Virus record (IMG/VR): IMGVR_UViG_3300021138_000028
Location: 1-62,090 of that record
DNA: 62,090 nt
Origin: a virus
Lineage: Duplodnaviria; Caudoviricetes
Reading direction: 5' to 3' (one strand)
Position 1 is the stretch's first letter; the number at the start of each line of letters is the position of its first letter. Made by a program: the position numbers and the translations under genes. Below the pieces are notes generated by a model that saw only the letters and a list, made by a program, of their open reading frames with translations, was not told where the DNA came from and ran no database searches. Positions 8,478 to 17,180 of this stretch are shown here, in pieces.

Positions 8478-8631
8478 AGCGAGATGTTCACACGTTAGCT
8501 TGCCCTGGTCGTTAGTCGTATTTCCTCCGGGGCTTTTAGGTTTTATTGGTGACTGGTCATTAAAGATCGGCGGTTCCTCCCTCTCAATTGGGCCTTGCGA
8601 GTTTTCATATCCTCGCAGGGTTCTTTTTTTT
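8477..8631 (+). ncRNA. candidate sRNA 1 (~155 nt) carrying two UUCCUCC anti-SD motifs
   Basis: lies between P1 and a terminator; no credible ORF. Confidence 0.5.
8591..8631 (+). terminator. intrinsic terminator
   Basis: ggccttgcgag...ctcgcagggtt followed by T8. Confidence 0.8.
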
Positions 8632-8641
8632 CTGTTAGGGG

Positions 8642-8678
8642 TTGACGGGACTTAATGGGATGTCGTAGGATGTTGTTG
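8642..8678 (+). promoter_or_regulatory. sigma70-like promoter P2
   Basis: TTGACG-18-TAGGAT. Confidence 0.7.
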
Positions 8679-8744
8679 CTTAGTTGATTGGGTTTGGTGT
8701 TCTCAGTGGTTCTGGATTGGGGTTCTCTTAGGAGAACCCCTTTT
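8678..8744 (+). ncRNA. candidate sRNA 2 (~67 nt)
   Basis: lies between P2 and a terminator; no ORF. Confidence 0.5.
8719..8744 (+). terminator. intrinsic terminator
   Basis: ggggttctc-ttag-gagaacccc perfect 9-bp stem plus TTTT. Confidence 0.8.
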
Positions 8745-8772
8745 CTGTTTATGGTGTTATGATGGTGTCGTC

Positions 8773-9090
8773 ATGGGATTTTTAAAGACTTATGTGTTGA
8801 CCACACAGGATGGTTTGTTTGTTTGTCGGACGTTGGAGGATCGGGATGTGAAGGAGTTCGGGAAGCGAATTCACTCTGACGGTGGTTTTGTTCATGGGGT
8901 ATTGAAGTCGACTTGGGTTCCTGTGGGACGGGTGGAGAGAATTTCGGCATTGGGGGATGTTAGGGGGATGAAGCCTTTGGAGACTAAGGCTGTGATTGAG
9001 TATTCGAAGGATCGAGAGGCATCGGAGGGTATTGAGAGCATAGATTGGGTGGTTAAGAACTACGGAGGTGTATCTGATGGTGTTGAGTGA
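8773..9090 (+). CDS. hypothetical protein
   Basis: 105 aa; TGnTATGAT 9 nt upstream, no SD. Confidence 0.65.
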   Translation: MGFLKTYVLTTQDGLFVCRTLEDRDVKEFGKRIHSDGGFVHGVLKSTWVPVGRVERISALGDVRGMKPLETKAVIEYSKDREASEGIESIDWVVKNYGGVSDGVE

Positions 9091-9694
9091 CGCTGGGAAT
9101 TATGTTGGGATAGATACGGTGGGTTCGACTTTTGAGAAGGCTCATGCTTTATATGATCTTGGTGTTAGGGTGGTTTTCAAGTATTCGGAGAACACTCATA
9201 CTTATCCTGAGAAGACTTTTGACCGGGATATGATTGTTGGGTTATCTACGATGGGCATTCGTCGTGGGTATATCTTTGAGCGATTTGATACGGTGGCTGA
9301 GTTTGCCGATGGGAATGCGGAGGTTTATGCTCGGATAGCGTCAGGGAAGATGAATGCTGACGGGGCTAGGCAGAATACTTTGTGTGTATTTTGTGTGGAT
9401 TTTGATGCGAGTGATGATGAGTTGGAGAACTTGATTGTGCCGTTCTTTGAGAAGGTACATGGGCTTATGAAGGCTGCTGGTTACTTCATTGGTGTTTATG
9501 GGTCAGGGAAAGTTTGTGCTCGGGTGAAAGGATTGGGGTTTGCTCATTGTTCGTATCTTGCTCAATCGAGTGGATGGGAAGGGACGAGTGAGTATGAGGA
9601 CTGGGATATTAAGCAGCATGAGAGTGCTACGGTATGTGGACTTGATGTTGATTGGATCGAAGTAAAACCTAGCGTGTTGGCTTATCTTGCATAG
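9068..9694 (+). CDS. endolysin, DUF1906 / GH25-like glycoside hydrolase (start likely ATG 9077)
   Basis: GIDT, FCVDFDA, GYFIGVYGSGKVC, YLAQSSGW motifs; GGAGGT SD. Confidence 0.75.
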   Translation: MYLMVLSDAGNYVGIDTVGSTFEKAHALYDLGVRVVFKYSENTHTYPEKTFDRDMIVGLSTMGIRRGYIFERFDTVAEFADGNAEVYARIASGKMNADGARQNTLCVFCVDFDASDDELENLIVPFFEKVHGLMKAAGYFIGVYGSGKVCARVKGLGFAHCSYLAQSSGWEGTSEYEDWDIKQHESATVCGLDVDWIEVKPSVLAYLA

Positions 9695-9728
9695 GTGGTG
9701 TATTCTGTTGTCGGCTGAGGGGTCTTAG

Positions 9729-10013
9729 ATGATGGTGGATTCCAAAGAGATGATAGGGTTAACAGCTACTTTCGGTGTTTTCTTTTTGTCCCTAGCCGCT
9801 GGTGGCTTGATTAGTTATTCGAAGATGGCTGGTAGGATGCTGGCACTTGAAGGGCAGGTTCAGGTATTGACTACAGCTTTGGCTGTCGCTCAGAAAACTG
9901 CGGACGAGATTAAGGGAATGGTTATAGCTATTCAGATCGCTCAAGCTAAGACTGATACAAGGGCAGAGACATTGCAAGCTATTCAAAGTGCCGTTCATCC
10001 AGGGCACCCTTAA
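9729..10013 (+). CDS. membrane protein, holin-like
   Basis: N-terminal TM plus coiled coil, next to the lysin. Confidence 0.55.
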   Translation: MMVDSKEMIGLTATFGVFFLSLAAGGLISYSKMAGRMLALEGQVQVLTTALAVAQKTADEIKGMVIAIQIAQAKTDTRAETLQAIQSAVHPGHP

Positions 10014-10040
10014 CGCTTTTATGTAGGGTACAAAGTACGC

Positions 10041-10304
10041 ATGGGTCGTACTGGTGGATGGATAAGTTGGCTGGTACTCTTGTTTACGCTACTCGCGTCG
10101 ACCTTGAGTGGCATTTCGTTGTATGTTGAGCTTCATGCTCCATCGAATGCCGAACTTGAATCCAAGATCAAAGGATTAGAATCTCAGAATGATGGGTTCA
10201 GGGAGCAGATCAAATACTTGCGCGGCAGGCAGGATCAGAATGATAAACTGCGGCAGGGTTTGAATGACCTCTATATAGAACTCAAGAAGGAAGGGAAATT
10301 ATGA
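10041..10304 (+). CDS. membrane-anchored coiled-coil protein
   Basis: N-terminal hydrophobic helix plus heptads. Confidence 0.6.
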   Translation: MGRTGGWISWLVLLFTLLASTLSGISLYVELHAPSNAELESKIKGLESQNDGFREQIKYLRGRQDQNDKLRQGLNDLYIELKKEGKL

Positions 10305-10507
10305 ATGGTTTAACTCAGGCAGAATGTCAGCAGTTTTTAGATCTTGGTGGTAATGCTCAGACTGATTTGGGCGCACCAAGTACGGTTGCAGCAACGGCTT
10401 TGGCTATTTGGTCTTGGATTGATGGCTTGACAAATGTAACCGATCATTTGAATAAGCTGAATTTGATTCGGGCCTTTATTCGTGCGAACGGTGGCACTAG
10501 CAACTAA
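10301..10507 (+). CDS. hypothetical protein
   Basis: ATGA overlap; AAGGA SD. Confidence 0.65.
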   Translation: MNGLTQAECQQFLDLGGNAQTDLGAPSTVAATALAIWSWIDGLTNVTDHLNKLNLIRAFIRANGGTSN

Positions 10508-10666
10508 CGATGGAAGAGAAGGATGAACGAGAAGATGAGTTTGAGATGGATCACTTTATCTCGGGCTGGATTATCTTGTTTGTGATCGGGTTCATCTTTG
10601 CTGTTGCGGTTTATCTCCTTGCTCCATTCTTGCCACCAGTTATCAGTTTGGGATAGGATGGTGGCT

Positions 10667-10846
10667 ATGAGCAAGGGGAGATTCTTGTTTGAGGTAGGTC
10701 TTTATGCTGGCATTGCTGGCTTGACAGCTTACTTATCTGCGCCAGATCCTATAACCAAGCGGGGTGTGGTGATGATTTTGATTCCGATTCTGACCGTAGT
10801 GAAGGCGAAACTTTCGCCTGGGAGTAAGACAGATGGTAATTCGTAG
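10667..10846 (+). CDS. small two-TM protein, holin candidate (start MSKGRF)
   Basis: two hydrophobic segments; TAGGAT 7 nt before ATG. Confidence 0.55.
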   Translation: MSKGRFLFEVGLYAGIAGLTAYLSAPDPITKRGVVMILIPILTVVKAKLSPGSKTDGNS

Positions 10847-11207
10847 TTTGATTTGCGCTGGTGCTTTAGCGGTAGCTGCTTGTTCGATGGGCCAGTCGCT
10901 TGCAGGTTATGTGAGTAAGGGACAAGCTTATGTGGTCAATGTGACTCCACTCAAGACTGTGTTTTCCAGAGGAAATGTATCGGTTAAGACTGATATGCTC
11001 GTAGGACTCAAGGCTACCGATCCTGCTGGTGCTTTCGGGTTTGGTGGGACACTGACTTATCAGGTCAATAAGACTTATGGGGTGTTCGTTGGACTGGCTG
11101 AGGTTCAGGATACGGCTACTTGGTCGACCAAGAATTTGAGCCTGCAACGGGCACGATTGTTCGTTGGGATTAGTGGACCGATCAAGCTAGGCATTTTTGG
11201 GCTCTAA
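10833..11207 (+). CDS. exported/membrane beta-rich protein
   Basis: signal-peptide-like N-terminus. Confidence 0.6.
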   Translation: MVIRSLICAGALAVAACSMGQSLAGYVSKGQAYVVNVTPLKTVFSRGNVSVKTDMLVGLKATDPAGAFGFGGTLTYQVNKTYGVFVGLAEVQDTATWSTKNLSLQRARLFVGISGPIKLGIFGL

Positions 11208-11624
11208 ATGACCAAGGTTCAAGTTGTTGTGGAGTCCTGGTTTGGGCTCTTGTATTCAAAATGGGGCGGGATCGCCCGATACTTTCAGCATTGGAATGAT
11301 GCGAAGGTAGCAAGTGAGGTTGATATGGCATCAGTAAGTTTGAAAATTAGTGCGCCGACGTTTACCAATCCGATTGTGATTGCGATTGATCCGAGTGAGA
11401 TTGCTTCCCCAATTCCTGTGGATGCGACGTTCAAGGCTTTCAGTCCTGCCGGTTCTGCGAACTTGGAGACGATCACGGTGGATTTGAGCATCGGTGGATT
11501 GGAGATCGTCAAGAACCATGTGATTGATTCTTTCCCGATTGATCTTGGCGTCAAACTTGGATGGGTTGGTTCAATCGTAAAAGCGGCTGACGCGACTATC
11601 GAACTGGACATCGTAGCGGGTTAA
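11208..11624 (+). CDS. hypothetical protein (start may be internal MASVSL)
   Basis: GAGG before the internal ATG. Confidence 0.55.
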   Translation: MTKVQVVVESWFGLLYSKWGGIARYFQHWNDAKVASEVDMASVSLKISAPTFTNPIVIAIDPSEIASPIPVDATFKAFSPAGSANLETITVDLSIGGLEIVKNHVIDSFPIDLGVKLGWVGSIVKAADATIELDIVAG

Positions 11625-11632
11625 ATACGGAC

Positions 11633-12034
11633 ATGACAAACGAAGAGAATGTTCCTATTGAAGAAGTTGCTCCTACCGAAGAAGTGACTACCGAAGCTCC
11701 TGCGGTGGAAGAGGCTCCTGCCGTTGAAGCAGAAGTAACTTCCGAACCGGAACCAGAGGTTAAGCCAGAAGGTGAGCATGTTGCTCCTGCGGTGGAAGAT
11801 CAGGAATCTGATGTTCAACCAGAGGAAGTTGCGGCTCCGGTAGAGGAAGATGTTCCTACGGTAAAAGAGTTTCAGCCTGAGTGGAATGAAGTTATCCATG
11901 AAGAGAAGCATCGTATTGAATGGTGCCTCTTGGAGAATGGAAAATTTCGTATTCGGCCTATTTCTTTTCAAGGCCCGACGTATGACAGTGATACGTTGGA
12001 AGAAGGGCTCGCTCGGGTTCCTTTGCTTTACTAA
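11633..12034 (+). CDS. acidic Glu/Pro/Val-rich low-complexity protein
   Basis: APAVEE-type repeats. Confidence 0.7.
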   Translation: MTNEENVPIEEVAPTEEVTTEAPAVEEAPAVEAEVTSEPEPEVKPEGEHVAPAVEDQESDVQPEEVAAPVEEDVPTVKEFQPEWNEVIHEEKHRIEWCLLENGKFRIRPISFQGPTYDSDTLEEGLARVPLLY

Positions 12035-12058
12035 GGGCTGCCTGGTCAGTAGTCGATT

Positions 12059-12090
12059 GGGGCTCGTGCTTTCACCACGATGCCCCTTTT
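12059..12090 (+). terminator. intrinsic terminator
   Basis: ggggctcgtg...cacgatgcccc plus TTTT. Confidence 0.65.
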
Positions 12091-12137
12091 CTTATGCCTT
12101 CTTGCTTGGTTCTGGCAACCTCGGTTTATAATGTGGC

Positions 12138-12773
12138 ATGGCTCTATATGACAACTTACCGGACGAGACCCCGGCACAGAAGCGACCAAAGGGATTGACC
12201 GACCAAGAATGGATGCTTGTTGTTGAGTATTCGGCTTGCAAAAATAAGCGTCGTGCGCTAGATAAGGCGGGGTATCCCAAACACGCTTTGCATATTTTAG
12301 AACAACCTCACATTCGGATTGCTATTGCCGCTGAGGTCAAGAGCCAGATTTCTAGGGCTCGAAAGACGGCTGATGAAGTCATTAAGGCTTGCGAAGACGT
12401 GGTGTTCTCGGACATTGAGGATTTGATCTTTGTCGACGCTGAGGGCAAGATTCGATTGAAGCCATTGGACGAGATTCCTGACGATAAGAAGGCATTGATC
12501 CAAGGTTTGATTATTCGCAGGGATGGTTCGATTGACCTAAAGATCCCAGAGAAAGCGGTGATGATGCGGCTACTGATGACGGCACATGGGCTGCTTACGG
12601 ATCGTGTTGAACACGTTACCGAAGATAATGTGCTCCATAAGATGTATGCCGTCGCTATGGCTCGGAATGGGATCAGTGAATCGGTTGCAGGTTCGATCAT
12701 TATTGATGTTCAGAGGCAGATTGAACTTATGCCTCGAGCAACCAAGAATATGACACCAAAGGAAGATGAGTAA
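12138..12773 (+). CDS. terS: terminase small subunit
   Basis: LT..E...V.EY, A..KAGY, SDIEDL...LKPLDEIPDD...K...LL..HGLL.DRVE pattern; precedes terL. Confidence 0.8.
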   Translation: MALYDNLPDETPAQKRPKGLTDQEWMLVVEYSACKNKRRALDKAGYPKHALHILEQPHIRIAIAAEVKSQISRARKTADEVIKACEDVVFSDIEDLIFVDAEGKIRLKPLDEIPDDKKALIQGLIIRRDGSIDLKIPEKAVMMRLLMTAHGLLTDRVEHVTEDNVLHKMYAVAMARNGISESVAGSIIIDVQRQIELMPRATKNMTPKEDE

Positions 12774-13566
12774 GACCAACTTACCTATTCGATCCATGCG
12801 GGAAACCGTTGCGATCAAGAATATCACGAAGGATGCTATGGCGGCATTCCGATCAGCCCAATCTCCATCGGAGCGTCCGATGTGGCCTGATGAGTACATG
12901 GGCGATGATCCAGAATCAGCATTTAGGTTCGTAACTGAATGCTGGTGGACGGACAATGAAGCAGACAGGAAGATTGAACTGATTCCTAAGCGGGAATTTG
13001 TTTATGACTTCTGTGTGGAATGGGTGAATGCCTATCGACTTCGACAACCTATGATCTGCGAGAAGTCTCGACGTATCACGATTTCGTGGATATGCCGGGG
13101 ACTTGAAACTTGGGTCATGGGAAAGCAACGTGGATCGTGGATTATCATTGACCAAACTCATAAGAACGCTGCCGAACATCTGTGGCGAATTGATTTCTCG
13201 CTGAATCAGTTAAAGAACAGGAAGCCTGAGTACAACATTGAGTTCGAAACTCGTGGATCGGTTTTGATAAAGGAGCCGACGAACATCATTCTCGGAAATG
13301 GTTCGATGATTACGCAAGGTCACCAAGATGCAGGATCAGCACAAGGTAAAGGTAAGACGGGTGTTACACTTGAAGAGGTTTCAAAGTATGCGAACCCTAG
13401 TGAGTTTTGGGGACAAGCATTGATCGTTACTCAAGGTTCTGGTGAAGGGTCTGGTGGTTGGGTCTGTGGCATTGCCAATGCTTCTCCCAACGCTGACTGG
13501 CTCAAGATCAAGCATAACATGAGGGCTAGAGCCTTCCTTGGGATAGATGATAAGGATTGGATCTAA
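12766..13566 (+). CDS. terL: terminase large subunit, N-terminal ATPase half
   Basis: Walker A-like EKSRRITISW, Walker B GVTLEE. Confidence 0.75.
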   Translation: MSKTNLPIRSMRETVAIKNITKDAMAAFRSAQSPSERPMWPDEYMGDDPESAFRFVTECWWTDNEADRKIELIPKREFVYDFCVEWVNAYRLRQPMICEKSRRITISWICRGLETWVMGKQRGSWIIIDQTHKNAAEHLWRIDFSLNQLKNRKPEYNIEFETRGSVLIKEPTNIILGNGSMITQGHQDAGSAQGKGKTGVTLEEVSKYANPSEFWGQALIVTQGSGEGSGGWVCGIANASPNADWLKIKHNMRARAFLGIDDKDWI

Positions 13567-14438
13567 TGGCGCATCCTGGTCATCCAGTTAAGGGTACCGA
13601 TCTTGCCGATGGGACTCGATATGTGGCTATTCATTTCTCTGCCGATTCGACCAAAGGGCAGGAATGGGAGCAAAAGAAAGCTCGTGGTATTCCCGAAAGA
13701 TCGTGGAAACGTGAAATGGGGATGCACGATGATGTCTATGAAGGAGAACCCGTATTCTCCGATTACTCGGACGTTAGGCATTGTCCTTTCAGTATTCGTG
13801 AGACAGGTATTCCGATCTTTCCCAACTCGGTCTATATCGGTGGTTGGGATAATGGGCTCACTCCTGCCTTTACGCTACTTCAAATTACGCCACTATTCCA
13901 AGTCCAGTGTATTTTGGAGGTTACGTCGGGTGGTGATGATCCGATGGAAACGTTTGCGCCAAAGGTTCTCAATGCTATCGCTAGAAGAATCCCCGGCGCA
14001 TGGGACGAGGTTTACCATATTGGTGATCCGTCGATCTGGAACAGGACTGCAACGACGGGTGATAGTCCTGGACTATTAGCCAAGCGGAAATTTGGGATCA
14101 ACATTCGACGGGCAAGTAACGTTTGGGGCGTCAGACAGTCTGCCGTGACATGGCTTTTGACCGATCAGATTGATCCGAAGACTGAACGATTTATTCTTGA
14201 TGCCAAACATTGTCCAATTTTGAGAATTGGTTTCCAAGGCGCATATCAATTTGAAATTTCGCCTCGTGGAGATACGATTGGACCGGGGCGTATTCTTATG
14301 GAACCATTGAAAAATGGCTACTCACACGTACATGACGGGCTCCAAGCAGCAGCACAAGCGGCTAGAAAGTTCTGCGAGGGCAAATTAGCTCTCGGGATGG
14401 GCCTTCATCATGATACAATGCCAAAACGATGGCACTAA
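13566..14438 (+). CDS. terL: terminase large subunit, C-terminal RNase H-like nuclease half
   Basis: GWDNGLTPA, IGDPS, SHVHDGLQ; TAATG coupling and AAGGA SD. Confidence 0.75.
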   Translation: MAHPGHPVKGTDLADGTRYVAIHFSADSTKGQEWEQKKARGIPERSWKREMGMHDDVYEGEPVFSDYSDVRHCPFSIRETGIPIFPNSVYIGGWDNGLTPAFTLLQITPLFQVQCILEVTSGGDDPMETFAPKVLNAIARRIPGAWDEVYHIGDPSIWNRTATTGDSPGLLAKRKFGINIRRASNVWGVRQSAVTWLLTDQIDPKTERFILDAKHCPILRIGFQGAYQFEISPRGDTIGPGRILMEPLKNGYSHVHDGLQAAAQAARKFCEGKLALGMGLHHDTMPKRWH

Positions 14439-15373
14439 TTGACCAAAAAGTTCCTCAAGACATCGTAGATAGAGCGATTGCGAAAGCTCGCAACGTATTT
14501 ACGTGTCCTCATTGTGGCGCACCAAAAGGACAGCAATGTCGAAACGTCGGGTTAGACGATATTCATGATGTTCGGATGCCAAAAGGGATTGGATTTGCCG
14601 ATTTCCTTGACCTTGAAGCTAATTCTCCCAAGCTAGAGCAGATTGCACCTATGCTATTCGCTAAGAGGCTTGAAACGGTTAGGGTTCCCAAGCAGATTAC
14701 TCGTGGAGATATTGATTACAAGACTGCATCTGAGTCCGTAAGGGTTTTGGATGGTCGAATTCTTGTTGAAATGCTTCCTTCTGCGAAGCGATCTATTTTG
14801 ATTCCAGAATCAGTGGAGAGTAAACTAAGACCTCACCTTGGAGTCGTGTTGCAGTCGATGGAATACGCGACCCCGCGATGCGGAACTTACGTTTATCCTC
14901 CCAATCCGGGAACGATTGTGATTGTCAGGAGAACGGACGGTACTTGGATTACTGATGCTTACATGGGTGGCTATCAACCTCAAAATGAGGTTCGAGTTTA
15001 CGGTGTATATGGTGAGTTTCGGGGTCATCCTCAGATTTATGACTGGTGGGATTCTGTTCTTGCATCATATAATGAAGATATGGCTGCATGGGTACCCTAT
15101 GGGGATAAGATCCTCTTTCGACGTGATGCAAGTTTTGAAACAAGCGAAGGTGGGATTTATCTCCCTAATGGCTCACACCGTAGAACGGCAGAAGCAACTG
15201 TTGTTGCTGTCGGGCCGCTGGAAATGGATGTGAAGGTTGGCGATCGTGTTTGCTATGATCCATTCCATATTGAGCAGGTTGGCATTGAAGTCGACGGTGA
15301 AGTAGACATTGATCTTTTGATCGGTAGCCAACTTTCGATCAACTATGTGATCCCTGAGAAGGTGGTGGCATGA
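14429..15373 (+). CDS. Zn-finger plus two GroES-like (co-chaperonin) domains
   Basis: CPHCGAPKGQQC...H..R; VLDGRILVE...ILIPES...GVV; PYGDKILF...SEGGIYLP...ATVVAVGP...VKVGDRV. Confidence 0.7.
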   Translation: MALIDQKVPQDIVDRAIAKARNVFTCPHCGAPKGQQCRNVGLDDIHDVRMPKGIGFADFLDLEANSPKLEQIAPMLFAKRLETVRVPKQITRGDIDYKTASESVRVLDGRILVEMLPSAKRSILIPESVESKLRPHLGVVLQSMEYATPRCGTYVYPPNPGTIVIVRRTDGTWITDAYMGGYQPQNEVRVYGVYGEFRGHPQIYDWWDSVLASYNEDMAAWVPYGDKILFRRDASFETSEGGIYLPNGSHRRTAEATVVAVGPLEMDVKVGDRVCYDPFHIEQVGIEVDGEVDIDLLIGSQLSINYVIPEKVVA

Positions 15374-15498
15374 ATACTCGTTACCTTCAATGGTGGGACA
15401 ATCATCTAGCGTTACAGTTGCTTATTATCGGTGCAGGATTAGCACTCGTTTTGTATTTCGTTGTATCCAAACAAGTCAAAAAGAAGGGTCTTAAATGA
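15370..15498 (+). CDS. small TM peptide (42 aa)
   Basis: ATGA overlaps at both ends; hydrophobic core, basic tail. Confidence 0.55.
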   Translation: MNTRYLQWWDNHLALQLLIIGAGLALVLYFVVSKQVKKKGLK

Positions 15499-15707
15499 AC
15501 ATACCAAGACAATACGCTCCATCGGAGCATGAGAAGGCATTCAGCAAGATTGGCGACCTTTGGGCTGGCAATAAAGCCATTGCCTTTATGGAAGAGAAGC
15601 GCAAGGAATTGAACAATACCTTAGCCGCTTGGATCGACCTCGACAACGATAAACAAGAAATTATCGTGATGTGGGACCCAAGCAAAGCGATTCCTGAGAC
15701 AGAATAG
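15495..15707 (+). CDS. hypothetical protein
   Basis: coupled ORF. Confidence 0.65.
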   Translation: MNIPRQYAPSEHEKAFSKIGDLWAGNKAIAFMEEKRKELNNTLAAWIDLDNDKQEIIVMWDPSKAIPETE

Positions 15708-15713
15708 AAGCAC

Positions 15714-17180
15714 ATGGCATTAGTTGAACTCTCAGACGACATGAAGGGCAAGATCGGAAGGAAACTTCTGATGTATGTCGACGCAGGGCTCAACGCTATG
15801 GGCAGAATGCCTCAATGGTGGCTTGATGTTGAAAGGCAATACCGGAATGAAAATCCTGGCTTGAACCAAGGGCCTGATGGACAGAATAAGGGATACGATG
15901 AATTCCATATACCTTTGACTCAACCAAGGCTTGATATGCTTACGGCTCAAGTCACCACCGTTATTGGCAAGCAGAACCCGTACATGACGGACATGACCGA
16001 TCCAGAAGCTATCAGTGAACCCAAACAGCAATTGGTTCACTCGATATGGAAGGATGCTGGATTTGAAACCAAGATCCGTGATGCGGCAACAATTGTAGGA
16101 TGTACTGATGTTGCGTTCTATCGGCTATGCCCGAATTATGCCCAACGTGGCGCGGTAGACCTTGATGTTATTCACCCTGACTCGATGATCGTCTACCCTG
16201 CTTTGCCGAAAGGAATTCAAGCAGCGACTTGTGTTGGTCATAGGCTTGAAATGCGTCGATACTTAATTGAGTCGATGCAGGATGGAAAGACCTACTATAA
16301 AGGTGATCCTCCTACAACTTCATCTCAAGATGAGCATGATGCTGACCGTGAGCAAATGCACACTGGCGCAAATCTTGGTGATCTTGCTCCTGATGATGCT
16401 ACGGAACTTTGCGAGATTTGGCCTTTGGTCGTTCGGCTTGACCTAAAGCATATTGAAGATCCTTATACCAAGGAAAGAAACGAACGACTTTACCAAGCGA
16501 CGTTGGATTATAAGTCTGGTCGGCTCCTTCGACTTGAAGAGTATGACTTCGACTATATTTGGTATTTCAGGTCGCAGTACATTGGCTCACCACGCTATTT
16601 CTATTCTGGACAGTCAGTAGGTAGGAACCTTTATCCTGTTCAGGATATGTATAACTCCTTGTGGTCTGGATTCTTTGCTGGTGCCATGCAAGCGGCCTCG
16701 GGTGGTCCGGTAATTGGAGAAGGATTAACTTCTGGTGAGAAGTATCAGAAGTTTGGAATGACGACGGTTATTGAGTCTGATTCCCCTGTGACTCCGTGGC
16801 AAGGTTCAGTTCATTTTGACGGACAACCTTTCCCCCGTATGATTGCTTCTTGTGAAGAGATAGCAGATAAGATTGCTCGTATCTCTCAGAACACTCAGGG
16901 AGCGCAAGCACAAGGATCAACGACAGCTACGGAACAGTCGATCATCGCGGCTGGTGTTGCTGTTGGTATCGAACAGTTTATCGCTCGATTCTCTCAAGAC
17001 TTTCCTGCTATGGCGGCATTGACTTGCCAGATAGCCGCATCGGATTTTGAAGGGTTCTCTCAGAGGTATGGTCAGGATATTGTGATTCCTGATGATCTTG
17101 GAGGACCAGATTTAACCAACTTAGTTGGAAGCAACGTGGACGTATCACCTAACATCGTGGAGGCTCCAATTGGACAATAA
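15714..17180 (+). CDS. portal protein, N-terminal 488 aa
   Basis: position; YFYSGQSVG..L...Q...N.L and G.Q.QGSTTATE motifs typical of podovirus portals. Confidence 0.75.
   Translation: MALVELSDDMKGKIGRKLLMYVDAGLNAMGRMPQWWLDVERQYRNENPGLNQGPDGQNKGYDEFHIPLTQPRLDMLTAQVTTVIGKQNPYMTDMTDPEAISEPKQQLVHSIWKDAGFETKIRDAATIVGCTDVAFYRLCPNYAQRGAVDLDVIHPDSMIVYPALPKGIQAATCVGHRLEMRRYLIESMQDGKTYYKGDPPTTSSQDEHDADREQMHTGANLGDLAPDDATELCEIWPLVVRLDLKHIEDPYTKERNERLYQATLDYKSGRLLRLEEYDFDYIWYFRSQYIGSPRYFYSGQSVGRNLYPVQDMYNSLWSGFFAGAMQAASGGPVIGEGLTSGEKYQKFGMTTVIESDSPVTPWQGSVHFDGQPFPRMIASCEEIADKIARISQNTQGAQAQGSTTATEQSIIAAGVAVGIEQFIARFSQDFPAMAALTCQIAASDFEGFSQRYGQDIVIPDDLGGPDLTNLVGSNVDVSPNIVEAPIGQ

Noticed and set aside
13550-13640. 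Translational bypass in the terminase
   Set aside because: No nearby in-frame ATC landing codon; TAATG coupling plus SD explains the junction
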